Assembly (NCBI GenBank): GCA_963697755.1
Contig: CAVOPE010000001.1
Location: forward strand, 84,912 to 148,911
Length of the DNA: 64,000 nt
From: an uncultured Gemmatimonadales bacterium
GTDB taxonomy: Bacteria; Gemmatimonadota; Gemmatimonadetes; Gemmatimonadales; GWC2-71-9
Direction: 5' to 3'
Of the stretch, positions 11,599 through 21,526 are shown piece after piece (the first letter of the stretch is position 1; each line of letters opens with the position of its first letter). Both the position numbers and the translations under genes were made by a program. The notes beneath the pieces were generated by a model. That model was given only the letters and a program-made list of their open reading frames with translations. It ran no database searches and was not told the DNA's origin.

Positions 11599-13023
11599 TC
11601 AGCCGAGTCTCGAGCGCAGCACGGGCTGCACGCCCTTCGGATCGGCCTTGCCGTGGCTCCGCTTCATCACCTGCCCAACGAAGAACCCCATCAGCTTCGC
11701 CTCCCCGCCCTTGTAGCGTGCCACCTCGGCGGGATGGGCCGCGAGCACCTCGTCGACCCAGGCCGCGAGCGCGTCGTGGTCGCTCACCTGGACCAGTCCG
11801 AGTCGTTCGGCGACCGCCTTGGGCTGCTCGCCGGTCGGCTTCTGCGCCAGCTCGCCATAGATCCGCTTCGCGGCCTGGTGGCTCACCGTGCCGTCGCGCA
11901 CCAGCGTGGAGAGGGCGGCGAGCGTGGGGGCGGTGACCGGGAAGGCCCCGGTCTCGTTGAAGCTGGCCATCACGTCGCCCATCACCCAGTTGGCGGCGGT
12001 CTTCGGCTCGACGCCCGCGCCCACGACTGACTCGAAGTACTCGGCCAGCGCGATCTCGCTCGTCAGCACGCGCGCGTCGTAGGCCGGGAGGCCATACGCC
12101 AGTTCCAGGCGCGCGCGGCGAGCCTCGGGCAGCTCCGGCAACCTCGCGCGCTGCTCCGCGATCCAGTCGGAGGTCAAGACCACCGGTGGAAGGTCCGGAT
12201 CGGGAAAGTACCGGTAGTCGTGGCTCTCCTCCTTGGAGCGGAGTGCCCGCACCTGACCGGTCGCCGCATTGAAGAGCAGCGTCACCTGCGCCACCCGGTC
12301 GCCGCGCTCGAGCAATCCGATCTGCCGCTCGCGCTCGGCCTCGAGCGCGCGCTCGACGTTGGCGAAGGAGTTCAGGTTCTTCACCTCGGTCTTGGTGCCG
12401 AGCTTGGGATCGCCGGCCCGGCGGATCGACAGGTTGGCGTCGACCCGGAGGCTCCCCTGCTCCATGCTGCAATCGCTCACGCCGGCATACACCAGGATCT
12501 GCCGGAGGGTCACCAGGTACGCGCGCGCCTCGGCGGGCGAGCGGATGTCCGGCTCGCTCACGATCTCGGCCAGCGGGGTGCCGGCGCGGTTCAAGTCCAC
12601 CGCGGTCTTTCCCGGGAACCGATCGTGCACCAGCTTGCCGGCGTCCTCCTCCACGTGAAGTCGGGTGATGCCGACCTCGATCCGCCCTCGGTCCGGCGAG
12701 TCGAAGGCGACTCGCCCGGCGGTGGCGAGCGGCTGATCGTACTGGGAGATCTGATAGCCCTTCGGCAGATCGGGGTAGAAGTAGTTTTTCCGGGCGAAGA
12801 CGCTGGTGCCATGCACGGTGCCGCCCAGCGCGATCGCGCCCCGTGCGGCGAGCCGGATGGCCTCCGCGTTCGGCATGGGCAGGGCGCCCGGAAGCCCGAG
12901 GCACGTTGGGCAGACGTTCGTGTTGGGTGGGTCGCCGAAGGCGGTGCGGCAGCCGCAGAACATCTTGGTGCGCGTGTTGAGCTGCACGTGCACCTCCAGG
13001 CCGATCACCGTCTCCCACGCCAT
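11599..13023 (-). CDS. gatB: Asp-tRNA(Asn)/Glu-tRNA(Gln) amidotransferase subunit B
   Basis: 474 aa, MAWETVIGLEVHVQLNTRTKMFCGC.., full-length GatB. Confidence 0.93.
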   Translation of the reverse strand: MAWETVIGLEVHVQLNTRTKMFCGCRTAFGDPPNTNVCPTCLGLPGALPMPNAEAIRLAARGAIALGGTVHGTSVFARKNYFYPDLPKGYQISQYDQPLATAGRVAFDSPDRGRIEVGITRLHVEEDAGKLVHDRFPGKTAVDLNRAGTPLAEIVSEPDIRSPAEARAYLVTLRQILVYAGVSDCSMEQGSLRVDANLSIRRAGDPKLGTKTEVKNLNSFANVERALEAERERQIGLLERGDRVAQVTLLFNAATGQVRALRSKEESHDYRYFPDPDLPPVVLTSDWIAEQRARLPELPEARRARLELAYGLPAYDARVLTSEIALAEYFESVVGAGVEPKTAANWVMGDVMASFNETGAFPVTAPTLAALSTLVRDGTVSHQAAKRIYGELAQKPTGEQPKAVAERLGLVQVSDHDALAAWVDEVLAAHPAEVARYKGGEAKLMGFFVGQVMKRSHGKADPKGVQPVLRSRLG

Positions 13024-14411
13024 CAGCGGACCTCGGCCAGCGCGTCCACCGCCCGCTCGATGGCGCCCGCCGCCGCGAGCATGCGCTCGTCCTCGAAGAA
13101 CGGCGCGATGACCTGGGCGCCGACGGGCAGTCCATCGCTCCGGCCGACGGGCAGGCTCAGCGCGGGCAATCCGGCCAGGCTCACGGCGCTGACGAAGACG
13201 TCTGCCAGGTACATGGCGACGGGGTCCTCGGTCTTCTCGCCGGCCCGGAACGCGGGGGTGGGGGTGGTCGGCGTGAGCAGGAAATCGACCCCACCGTCGA
13301 ATGCCCGCCGGAAGTCGTCGGCGATCAGCGCCCGAACCCGCTGCGCCTTCCGATAGTACGCGTCGTAGTATCCGGCGCTCAGCACGTAGGTGCCGACGAG
13401 AATGCGGCGCTGGACCTCGACTCCGAACCCCTGGCCGCGGGTGGCCTGGTAGAGCGAGCGGATGTCGCCCTCGGGCCCGATCCGGCGCGGACCGTAGCGC
13501 ACGCCATCGTACCGCGCGAGGTTCGCGGCCGCCTCCGCTGGGGCCACGATGTAATACGTCGGCACCGCATAGGCCGAGTGGGGCAGCGAGACGTCGACGA
13601 GCTCGGCGCCCAGCTCCCGCAAGGCAGCCTTCGTGCGCTCCATCCCCGCGGCCACGCCGGGATGCAGATCCTTGGGGAAGTATTCGCGTGGCAGGCCGAC
13701 GCGTACGCCGCGGAGGTGGCTCAGCGGAGACGGTACCGCCATCGGCGGGCGGTCCATCGTCGTGCTGTCGAGCGGATCGTGCCCACTCATGGCGGCGAGC
13801 ACGCGACCGGCGTCGTCCACGGTACGTCCGAATACCGAGATGCAGTCCAATGACGATCCGAACGCCACCAGCCCGAACCGGCTCACCCGGCCGTAGCTGG
13901 GCTTCACGCCCACCACCCCGCAGAAGCTGGCCGGCTGGCGAACCGATCCGCCGGTCTCTGATCCGAGCGCGGCCGGCACGACGCCCGCCGCCACCAGCGC
14001 CGCGGATCCTCCTGACGATCCGCCGGGCACGCGATCGGGATCGAAGGGGTGGCGCACGCGGCCGAAGGCGGAATGCTCGGTCGACGACCCCATGGCGAAT
14101 TCGTCCATGTTCGTCTTCGCGACCATCATCGCGCCAGCCTCCCTCAGCCGCCGCACGGCGGTCGCCTCGTACGGCGACACATAGCCTTCAAGGATGCGAG
14201 ACGCGCAGGTCGTGGGCGACTCCGTCGTCACGATGTTGTCCTTGAGGGCGATCGGCATGGCGGCCAGCGGTCCGGCGGCCCCGGCCGCGTCCAACCGCGC
14301 GGCCTCCGCATCGATCACGGCCCGCGACCAATGCAGCGTCGCGTTGAGTCCTCGGGCATCGGCGGCTGCGAGCCGCTCGCCGACGGCCTTGGCCTCGGCG
14401 GCCGCGGTCAC
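13023..14411 (-). CDS. gatA: Asp-tRNA(Asn)/Glu-tRNA(Gln) amidotransferase subunit A
   Basis: 462 aa with the amidase signature ..GGSSGGSAALVAAG... Overlaps the gatB start (TGATG) and the gatC stop (ATGA). Confidence 0.93.
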   Translation of the reverse strand: MTAAAEAKAVGERLAAADARGLNATLHWSRAVIDAEAARLDAAGAAGPLAAMPIALKDNIVTTESPTTCASRILEGYVSPYEATAVRRLREAGAMMVAKTNMDEFAMGSSTEHSAFGRVRHPFDPDRVPGGSSGGSAALVAAGVVPAALGSETGGSVRQPASFCGVVGVKPSYGRVSRFGLVAFGSSLDCISVFGRTVDDAGRVLAAMSGHDPLDSTTMDRPPMAVPSPLSHLRGVRVGLPREYFPKDLHPGVAAGMERTKAALRELGAELVDVSLPHSAYAVPTYYIVAPAEAAANLARYDGVRYGPRRIGPEGDIRSLYQATRGQGFGVEVQRRILVGTYVLSAGYYDAYYRKAQRVRALIADDFRRAFDGGVDFLLTPTTPTPAFRAGEKTEDPVAMYLADVFVSAVSLAGLPALSLPVGRSDGLPVGAQVIAPFFEDERMLAAAGAIERAVDALAEVR

Positions 14412-14707
14412 AAGTCTTCCATGGCCTCGTGCCGCGGCACGAGGAAGAAGCCCTCGGCGAATTCCGGCGCGAACTCGGCGGGCGGGCGGGCGAGCGGCAC
14501 CGAGCCCGGCACGTCTTCTCGCAGGGTGACCTGCTGCGGTCCGGGGAGGAACGGCGCGGCAGCCGCATCGCCCGGGACCTGGTCGAGCTGAGCCACGAAA
14601 TCGACGATGCGGTTGAGCTGCGCCACCATCCGGTCCAGGTCGGCGTCCTGCACCGCGAGCTCGGCCAGCCTGGCCACGTGCAGCACGTCGTCGCGCCCGA
14701 TGCTCAT
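14408..14707 (-). CDS. gatC: Asp-tRNA(Asn)/Glu-tRNA(Gln) amidotransferase subunit C
   Basis: MSIGRDDVLHVARLAELAVQDADLDRMVAQLNRIVDFVAQL.. from ATG 14707. An alternative ATG lies at 14719. Confidence 0.85.
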   Translation of the reverse strand: MSIGRDDVLHVARLAELAVQDADLDRMVAQLNRIVDFVAQLDQVPGDAAAAPFLPGPQQVTLREDVPGSVPLARPPAEFAPEFAEGFFLVPRHEAMEDL

Positions 14708-17011
14708 GCGCTCTCCCACTCGCGCTCGAGTCCGGCGTACGCCACCAGCAGCTGCTTCACGCCGACCTCGGTGTCGTCGAACGCCACCGAGACCTTGAGA
14801 TCTCGGCCGGTGCCGGTGAGCCCCTGGATCGTCCCACTGCCGAACCGCCGGTGGCGCACCCGTTCGCCCTTCACGTAGCGCGGCGTGTCCTGCGACAGCT
14901 CTTCTTGCGGCCGTTCAACCGGGGAGCGCGTCGGCCGGTCGGGCGCTCGGGCGGTCGGACCACCCCTCCCCGCTCCGCGACGTCCCGAACGCCTGACCGC
15001 CCGACCGCCTGGCCGCCCGACCGGCCGACCGCCAGTCGGGCGCCCACAACGAAGTCGTGCGGCGCTCGTCCAGGATCTCGGGCGGGAGCGCGCGCAGAAA
15101 CCGCGACGGGATGCCCGGGCGCAGCTCGCCGCCTCGCCGCCGCGCGCGCGCCCAGGTCAGGTAGAGCTTGTCCTTGGCGCGGGTCAGCCCGACGTAGCAC
15201 AGGCGCCGCTCCTCCTCGAGACCGTCCGGTTGCTCCTCGGCCCGCGCAAGCGGGAAGAGCCCGTGCTCGAGGCCGGTCAGCACCACGACCGGCCATTCCA
15301 GACCTTTGGCCGTGTGCAGGGTCATGAGGGTGACGCCGTCCTCGTTGCCCACAACGCTGTCGGCAGAGGACAGCAGCGCGGCCTCGGCCAGGAACCGCTC
15401 GAGCGGCGTGCCCTCGGCCTCCTCGGTCACTTCCTCCGACCAGTTCGCGGCGCTGGCCACGAGCTCGCGCACGTTTTCCCACCGGTCCGCCCCCTCGGGC
15501 CCTTCCGCGAGGAGGACGGCCTCGTAGTCGATGGCACGAATGACCTGCTCGAGCACCTCCGCCGGCGGAAGCTGTTGCGCCCGCTGCGCCAATCCCTCGA
15601 TGAACTCGGCGAACGCCTTGAACGCACCACGCACGTTCGGCCGCAGCTCGGTGATGCCCTCCGCGGCGCGGGCGGTGGCGAGCAGCGACTTGCGCCACTG
15701 CACCGCGGCGCGGCCGAGCGTCGCGAGGCTGGTCTCGCCGAGCCCGCGGCGGGGCACCGCGATGGCGCGCAGGAACGCCTCGTCGTCCGCGGGATTGGCC
15801 GTCAGGCGCAGATAGGCGAGCAGATCCTTCACTTCCCGGCGCTCGTAGAAGCTGATCGCCCCGATGAGGCGGTACGGGATGCCGGCCCGTCGAAAGGCCT
15901 CCTCCAGCGCCCGCGATTGCGAGTTAGTGCGGTAGAGCACGGCCATGTCGCCGTAGCTCCAGTCGCCGGCGCTGCTCCGGCGCTCGAGCTCGCGAACCAC
16001 CCACTCGGCCTCGTCGCGCTCGTCGGCCGCCGCGAGCAGAGTGACGGCCTCGCCTCCCTTTCGCCGGGTGGTGAGCGTCTTGCCGATCCGACCGGTGTTC
16101 TCGGCGATGACCCCATTGGCCGCATCGAGCACGACCTGGGTCGACCGGTAGTTCTCCTCCAGCCTGACGAGGCGCGCGCCCGGGAAATCCTTCAGGAACT
16201 CCTGCATGTTGCGCACGTCGGCGCCACGCCAGCCGTAGATCGACTGGTCGTCGTCACCCACCGCGCAGACGTTGCCGTGGGCGCCGAGGAGTTTGATGAG
16301 CTCGTACTGGGCGCGGTTGGTGTCCTGGAACTCGTCGACCAGGATGAAGCTGAACTTGGCCTGATACGCCCGAAGCCGATCCGGATGCTCCCGGAACAGC
16401 GTGAGCGGATGCAGCAGCAGGTCGTCGAAGTCCATCGCGTTGGCGGCCTTGAGCGCCGGCCCCATGGCCGCGTACACATCGGCCGACACCTGCGCCAGCC
16501 GGTCGAACTGCGAGACACCGGCGGCAAGCTCCGAGGGCGGCATCATCCGGTTCTTCGCCCCCGAGATCAGCGCCTGCACGGCGCGCGGCGGGAACAGCTT
16601 GGTCGAGTGCCCGCGCTGATCCATCAGCCGTCGGATCAGGCTGAGACGATCGTCCTCGTCGTAGATCGTGAACTGACGGCCGAACCCCAGCAGCGGCGCC
16701 TCGCGCCGCAGCAGCCGGGCCGAGAGCGAGTGGAAGGTGCCGATCCACAGGCCGGATGGGTCGCGATCGAGCAGCCGACCGATCCGGTGCTTCATCTCGC
16801 CCGCGGCCTTGTTGGTGAAGGTCACCGCGAAAATCCGGTCGGGCGGCACTCCGTGGCGGTCGATCAGGTGGGCGATTCGCGTGGTGAGCACGCGCGTCTT
16901 GCCCGAGCCCGCGCCGGCGAGCACCAGGATGGGACCGTGGACATGGTCCACGGCCTCCTGCTGCGCCGGGTTGAGGGCGTGCTCGATGTTCGGCGTCGGC
17001 GTATCGATCAC
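14704..17011 (-). CDS. uvrD: UvrD/PcrA-type ATP-dependent DNA helicase; frame broken in the C-terminal linker (about 14915-14990)
   Basis: GTG 17011 (GTGA overlap with the kinase stop). Motifs LAGAGSGKT and VDEFQDTN. The main frame stops at 14915. The next frame encodes YVKGERVRHRRFGSGTIQGL..VSVAFDDTEVGVKQLLVAYAGLE (UvrD C-terminal Tudor-like domain), ending at TGA 14704-14706, which overlaps the gatC ATG. Confidence 0.85.
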
Positions 17012-18171
17012 GCGGCGGACTCCGCCAGCGGTATGCGAATCACGAAACAGGCTCCCTTGTCCGTCGGCGCGAGCTCGAGCTGCCCGCGGTGCGCGTCCTC
17101 GACCACCCGGCGCGAGAGCGCGAGGCCGATGCCCCAGCCGCCGCGCTTGGTGGTGATACCGGGCTCGAACAGCGTGCGGCGGATCTCGCGCGCGATGCCC
17201 GGACCATCGTCCACGACGCGGATCTCGCCCATGCCCTGCTCGGCACCGACTCGCAGGATAATCGTGCCGGCCCTGCCCTGCAGGGCGTCGATCGCGTTCT
17301 TCACCAGGGCCTCGAGCACCCATTCGAGCAGCACGGCATCCCCCAACACGACCGGCCCCATCCCGGGCGCTTCCAGCCGCAGCTCGATGGGGTTGGCGTG
17401 CTTCGGGAGGCGCGGTCGGAAGTAGCCGGCCACACGGTCGGCGAGAGCGCCCAGCCCCACGGGCTCGCGCTTGGCAGGATTGCCGATGCGCTCGAACCGC
17501 TGGGCGACGCGGTCCAGGCGTTCGGCGTCGGCCGCCAGGTGGTCGGCGAGGCCGGGAGGCGGGGTCGCGCGCGAGCGCACCCGCTCGATCCAGCCCTGCA
17601 GGCTGGTGAGCGGGGTTCCCATCTGGTGCGCCGCCTCGCGGGCCATGGCGACCCACAGCCGGTCGCGCTGGGCGGCGATCGCGCTCCGATAGGCGAAGAT
17701 CGCGACGGCCACCATGACCGCGATGGTCAGGCCCTGCAGCACCGCGAGCGCGGTCAGGTTGCGCTGCGCGGGCAGCGGGCCGTAGTGCACCGTCCCGATC
17801 GCTTCGTCGACGATGGGCGGGTTCCAGCGGTCGAGCCGCGCCGCGTAGGCTTTGACCCGCGGGTCATCGAGCGCCGCCTGAAACGGCAGGTTCGCGGCGG
17901 CGGTGACGCGGCCGGCACGATCCGTGACCACGAGCGGCAATCCGAGGGCGCGCACTTGAGCCCCCAGGCGGAGCAGCGCCTCCGCCTCGGCACCTGGCCG
18001 CGGGTCGTTGAGGCCGCCGAACACGCCGGAATAGAGTCGGCTCGTCGCCGTCGCGTCGGCCTTGAAGTGGCGCAGCACCAGCAGGCCGCTGCCAAAGCTC
18101 AAGCCGGTCAACAGAGCGACGAGCACCACGACCACGGTGGGCGCGAGGCGCTGCAGCCGCTCGCTAGGCAC
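17008..18171 (-). CDS. sensor histidine kinase (no adjacent response regulator)
   Basis: H-box EAAHQMGTPLTSL, N-box LVKNAIDAL, G1 VVDDGPGI, G2 GGWGIGL. Two TM helices flank a region of about 150 aa. Start proposed at GTG 18171, overlapping the serS end. Confidence 0.8.
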   Translation of the reverse strand: MPSERLQRLAPTVVVVLVALLTGLSFGSGLLVLRHFKADATATSRLYSGVFGGLNDPRPGAEAEALLRLGAQVRALGLPLVVTDRAGRVTAAANLPFQAALDDPRVKAYAARLDRWNPPIVDEAIGTVHYGPLPAQRNLTALAVLQGLTIAVMVAVAIFAYRSAIAAQRDRLWVAMAREAAHQMGTPLTSLQGWIERVRSRATPPPGLADHLAADAERLDRVAQRFERIGNPAKREPVGLGALADRVAGYFRPRLPKHANPIELRLEAPGMGPVVLGDAVLLEWVLEALVKNAIDALQGRAGTIILRVGAEQGMGEIRVVDDGPGIAREIRRTLFEPGITTKRGGWGIGLALSRRVVEDAHRGQLELAPTDKGACFVIRIPLAESAA

Positions 18172-19447
18172 GCGGGACCAGGCGATCGACGCCGAGATAC
18201 GGAACCAGTGCCTCCGGCACCCGCACCGACCCGTCGGCCGCTTGGTTGTTCTCCAGGAGGGCGATGATCGTGCGGGGGAACGCGACGCCCGAGGCGTTGA
18301 GCGTGTGCACGAACTCGGGCTTGGCTTTGGGCTCCGGCCGGTAGCGGATGTTGGCGCGGCGGGCCTGGAAATCGGTGAACGTGCTCGAGCTCGACGCCTC
18401 GAGCCACGTCCCCACCCCGGCCGCCCACACCTCGAGGTCGTACGTGCGGGCGCTGGCGAACCCCGTGTCGCCCGCGGCGAGCTCGAGCACACGGTATGGA
18501 ATGTTCAGGCGTTGCAGCACCGCTTCCGCATGCCCGGTCAGCCGCTCGTGCTCGGCGGCCGAATCCTCCGGTCGGGCGAACCGGACCAGCTCGACCTTGT
18601 CGAACTGGTGCACCCGGATCAGTCCGCGAGTGTCCTTGCCGTGCGCCCCGGCCTCGCGCCGGAAACACGGCGTGTACGCGCAGTAGGCCAGCGGGAGATT
18701 CGCGGCATCGAGGATCTCGTCCCGATGAATGTTGGTGACCGGCACCTCGGCGGTGGGAATGAGGAAGAGGTCGTCCGAAGGCACGCCGTAGAGATCCTCC
18801 TCGAACTTGGGGAGCTGCCCCGTGCCCGTCAGGGTCGTGCGGTTCACCAGGTACGGCGGCGCGATTTCCTCGTAGCCGTGCTCCCTCGTATGCAGGTCGA
18901 GCATGAAACCGCTGAGCGCGCGCACCAGGCGCGCCCCGAGCCCGCGCAGCAGCGGGAAGCCCGAGCCGGTGATCTTGGCGCCGGCCGGCAGGTCGAGAAT
19001 CCCGAGAGCGGTGCCCAGCTCCCAGTGCGGTCGAGGGGTGAAGTCGAAGGCCGGAGGCTCACCCCAGGTCCGCACCACGCGGTTGGCGCTCGCGTCGCCG
19101 TCGGGCGTCAGCTCGGAAGGGAAATTGGGCAGCGCGGGGGCGCGCTGGTCCAGCGCGGTCTCGACCTCGCGCAAGCGGTCGTCGAGCGCCTTGACCTCCT
19201 CGCCCGACGCCTTGAGCCGCGCCATGAGCTCGTCCGCAGGCTCCTTGGCGCGCTTACGGCGGGCGACTTCCTCGCTGGCCGCGTTGCGCTCGGCTTTGCG
19301 TGTCTCCACCTGCACCAGCAGCTCGCGGCGTTGACGGTCGAGATCGAGGAGCTCATCCAGCAGCGGCCCGACCGAGGGGTCGCGGCGACGGAGCAGCGAG
19401 GCGCGGCTCCCCTCGGGGTCCTGGCGCAGACGCTTGAGATCGATCAC
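18164..19447 (-). CDS. serS: serine--tRNA ligase
   Basis: 427 aa with an N-terminal coiled-coil arm and a class II core (..FRREAGAHGKDTRGLIRVHQF..). Confidence 0.93.
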   Translation of the reverse strand: MIDLKRLRQDPEGSRASLLRRRDPSVGPLLDELLDLDRQRRELLVQVETRKAERNAASEEVARRKRAKEPADELMARLKASGEEVKALDDRLREVETALDQRAPALPNFPSELTPDGDASANRVVRTWGEPPAFDFTPRPHWELGTALGILDLPAGAKITGSGFPLLRGLGARLVRALSGFMLDLHTREHGYEEIAPPYLVNRTTLTGTGQLPKFEEDLYGVPSDDLFLIPTAEVPVTNIHRDEILDAANLPLAYCAYTPCFRREAGAHGKDTRGLIRVHQFDKVELVRFARPEDSAAEHERLTGHAEAVLQRLNIPYRVLELAAGDTGFASARTYDLEVWAAGVGTWLEASSSSTFTDFQARRANIRYRPEPKAKPEFVHTLNASGVAFPRTIIALLENNQAADGSVRVPEALVPYLGVDRLVPRA

Positions 19448-19452
19448 GGCGA

Positions 19453-20025
19453 TCAGTTGGCCGGCAGACCGGGCAGGAGGTCCTTGTACCCGCAGTTCTC
19501 GTTGACGAGCGTCCGGAAGGTGATGGTGCTGTCCTGAAAGGCGAGGACCTCGAGCTTGCCGTACAGCGGCACGCCCAGCGAGGTGCAGACGACGCGCGAC
19601 CGGACGATGAACCGGTCGCCCAGGGCGACCGGGACGGCCGAGTCGCTCACGTACCCGTCGCTGGCTGCCCGCGTGATGTTGTCGAAGGGTTCCTCGCGCT
19701 TCTGCAGCCCGGGATTGGCCGTGCTGCCGGAAATGCCGAGCGCGGCGCGCGGCAGGAACACCCGCTCGTAGGTGCCGTCGTCCAGCCGGCGCACATCGTA
19801 GGCGAATTCGAAGTCCACCGACTGATCGGTCCGCACCGGCCCGGCCTGGATGCCGAACCCGCTCGGCGTGGTGACCGGCGTGCCCTCGAGCGCACCGAGC
19901 GTGAGGGTGTCGACGAAGTTCTGGGCGGTGGGATCGGGCAAGCTGTTGGCGTCGCTGCAGGCCACCGCGAAGGCGACCGCCAGGGGGCAGGACACGAGGG
20001 TGAAGAGGCGGCGAATGTTGGGCAT
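19453..20025 (-). CDS. hypothetical lipoprotein
   Basis: 190 aa with a signal peptide and a lipobox-like AVAC|SD. No recognisable domain. Confidence 0.6.
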   Translation of the reverse strand: MPNIRRLFTLVSCPLAVAFAVACSDANSLPDPTAQNFVDTLTLGALEGTPVTTPSGFGIQAGPVRTDQSVDFEFAYDVRRLDDGTYERVFLPRAALGISGSTANPGLQKREEPFDNITRAASDGYVSDSAVPVALGDRFIVRSRVVCTSLGVPLYGKLEVLAFQDSTITFRTLVNENCGYKDLLPGLPAN

Positions 20026-20077
20026 GGAGGGGGAAGGTTAAGGCCCGTGTGGAGAGGGGTCAACTGCTGCTGGTTTC

Positions 20078-20106
20078 TTGACTTCGACCGAGACGGTCCC
20101 TACGTT
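20078..20106 (+). promoter_or_regulatory. candidate promoter of the Roadblock gene cluster
   Basis: TTGACT (20078-20083), 17 nt spacer, TACGTT (20101-20106), about 35 nt before ATG 20142. Confidence 0.35.
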
Positions 20107-20141
20107 GCGCACGGTTCCCGCTGCCCCGGAGTTTCGACCCC

Positions 20142-20495
20142 ATGATCGAGTTGGGAGAGGTGGTCAAGAGCCTCGCCGCCCGCGACGGCGTGGAGGCGGT
20201 GTTGCTGCTCAGCGGCGACGGTCTGCCGATCGAGCACGCGGCGCGCACACCGTTCGATGCGGAGACGGTCGCCGCGCTCGCCGCCACACTCGCGCAGCAC
20301 GCCGCGCGGCTCGGTCACGGCGCGGCGCGCGGGCAGCTCGCCACCGCCGTGCTCGAATTCGGCGACGGTCTCCTCGTGCTCTCGCGCGCCGGCTCGGACG
20401 ACTGGCTCGCGCTCCTCGCCACCTCGACTGCGGACATCGGGCCGCTGCTCTTCGACCTGCGCCAGCATCGCTCGGCGCTGGCCGCGCTGCTCTGA
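20142..20495 (+). CDS. Roadblock/LC7 (MglB-like) domain protein
   Basis: 117 aa, ..GVEAVLLLSGDGLPIEH..ETVAALAATL..AVLEFGDGLLVLSRAG.., a typical Robl_LC7 pattern. Confidence 0.7.
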   Translation: MIELGEVVKSLAARDGVEAVLLLSGDGLPIEHAARTPFDAETVAALAATLAQHAARLGHGAARGQLATAVLEFGDGLLVLSRAGSDDWLALLATSTADIGPLLFDLRQHRSALAALL

Positions 20496-21526
20496 TGCGC
20501 TGGGCCGTGCTGCTGGCCGGCGGCTCGGGCACCCGGTTCTGGCCGCTCAGCACTCCCCGGACCCCGAAGCAACTCCTACCCTTGTCCGGCTCGGGCTCGA
20601 CGGCCGAGGAGGCAGTCGAGCGGCTGACCGGGTTGATCTCGCGCGAGCGCGTGCTGGTGGTGGCCAGCGAGGCGCTCACCGCCCGACTGCGGCCCCTGCT
20701 CGGCCTCGCACCCGACAATTTTCTGGTGGAGCCGCTGGCGGCGTCCACTGCGCCCGCGCTCATCTGGGCCACCTGGGAGGCGCGACGGCGCGATCCCGAC
20801 GCGGAGGTGCTGTCGCTGCATGCCGATTGGGTGGTCGGCGACGCCACGGCCTTCCGCAAGACCGCCGACGCGGCGCTCACCACGGCCCGGACGCACGACC
20901 GGCTGGTGACGGTCGGCGTGGTTCCGTCGCGACCCGAGACTGGCTTCGGGTACATCGTGCCCGGCGTGCCGCTGGACGACAGCGCCCGGACCGTCGCACG
21001 GTTCTCCGAGAAGCCCGACGCGGCCACCGCGCTCGACCTGATGGCGGCGGGCGCGCTCTGGAACAGCGGGCTGTTCGCGTGGACCGCCGAGCGGCTGCTG
21101 GCCGAAACAACGCGGCACACGCCCGAAGTGGCGCCCGCCGTGCCCCGGCTCGAGGCGGGAGACGTAGCGGGCTTCTTCCGCGAGGTCACGCCGATCTCAA
21201 TCGACGTCGGCTTGCTCGAGCGCAGCGGGGCGGTGGCGGTGGTGGCGGGGACGTTCGCGTGGGACGACGTCGGTACCTGGCAGGCCCTCGCGCGCGTGCG
21301 CCCGAAGGACCCGAGCGGCAATGTGGTCGTCGGCCCCGCGCTGCTGCAGGAGGCGCACGACTGCATCGTCTGGTCGGATCGCGATCCGATCGTGCTGTCG
21401 GGCGTGAAGGATCTGATCGTCGTTCAGGCCAACGGCCGGATCCTGGTCATGCCGACCGAGCGCGCCGCGGCGATGAAGGAGTTGCTCGACGCCCTGCCGC
21501 CCGAGATCCGCGACATCGACGCATGA
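20495..21526 (+). CDS. mannose-1-phosphate guanylyltransferase-like nucleotidyltransferase
   Basis: MRWAVLLAGGSGTRFWPLSTPRTPKQLLPL.. (ManC-type N-terminal motif), 343 aa. TGATG junction with the upstream gene. Confidence 0.75.
   Translation: MRWAVLLAGGSGTRFWPLSTPRTPKQLLPLSGSGSTAEEAVERLTGLISRERVLVVASEALTARLRPLLGLAPDNFLVEPLAASTAPALIWATWEARRRDPDAEVLSLHADWVVGDATAFRKTADAALTTARTHDRLVTVGVVPSRPETGFGYIVPGVPLDDSARTVARFSEKPDAATALDLMAAGALWNSGLFAWTAERLLAETTRHTPEVAPAVPRLEAGDVAGFFREVTPISIDVGLLERSGAVAVVAGTFAWDDVGTWQALARVRPKDPSGNVVVGPALLQEAHDCIVWSDRDPIVLSGVKDLIVVQANGRILVMPTERAAAMKELLDALPPEIRDIDA

Noticed and set aside
14885-17425. 846-aa plus-strand ORF
   Set aside because: It is antisense to the well-supported uvrD gene. 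Its translation is Arg/Pro/Gly/Ala-rich low complexity, typical of open off-frames in very GC-rich DNA.
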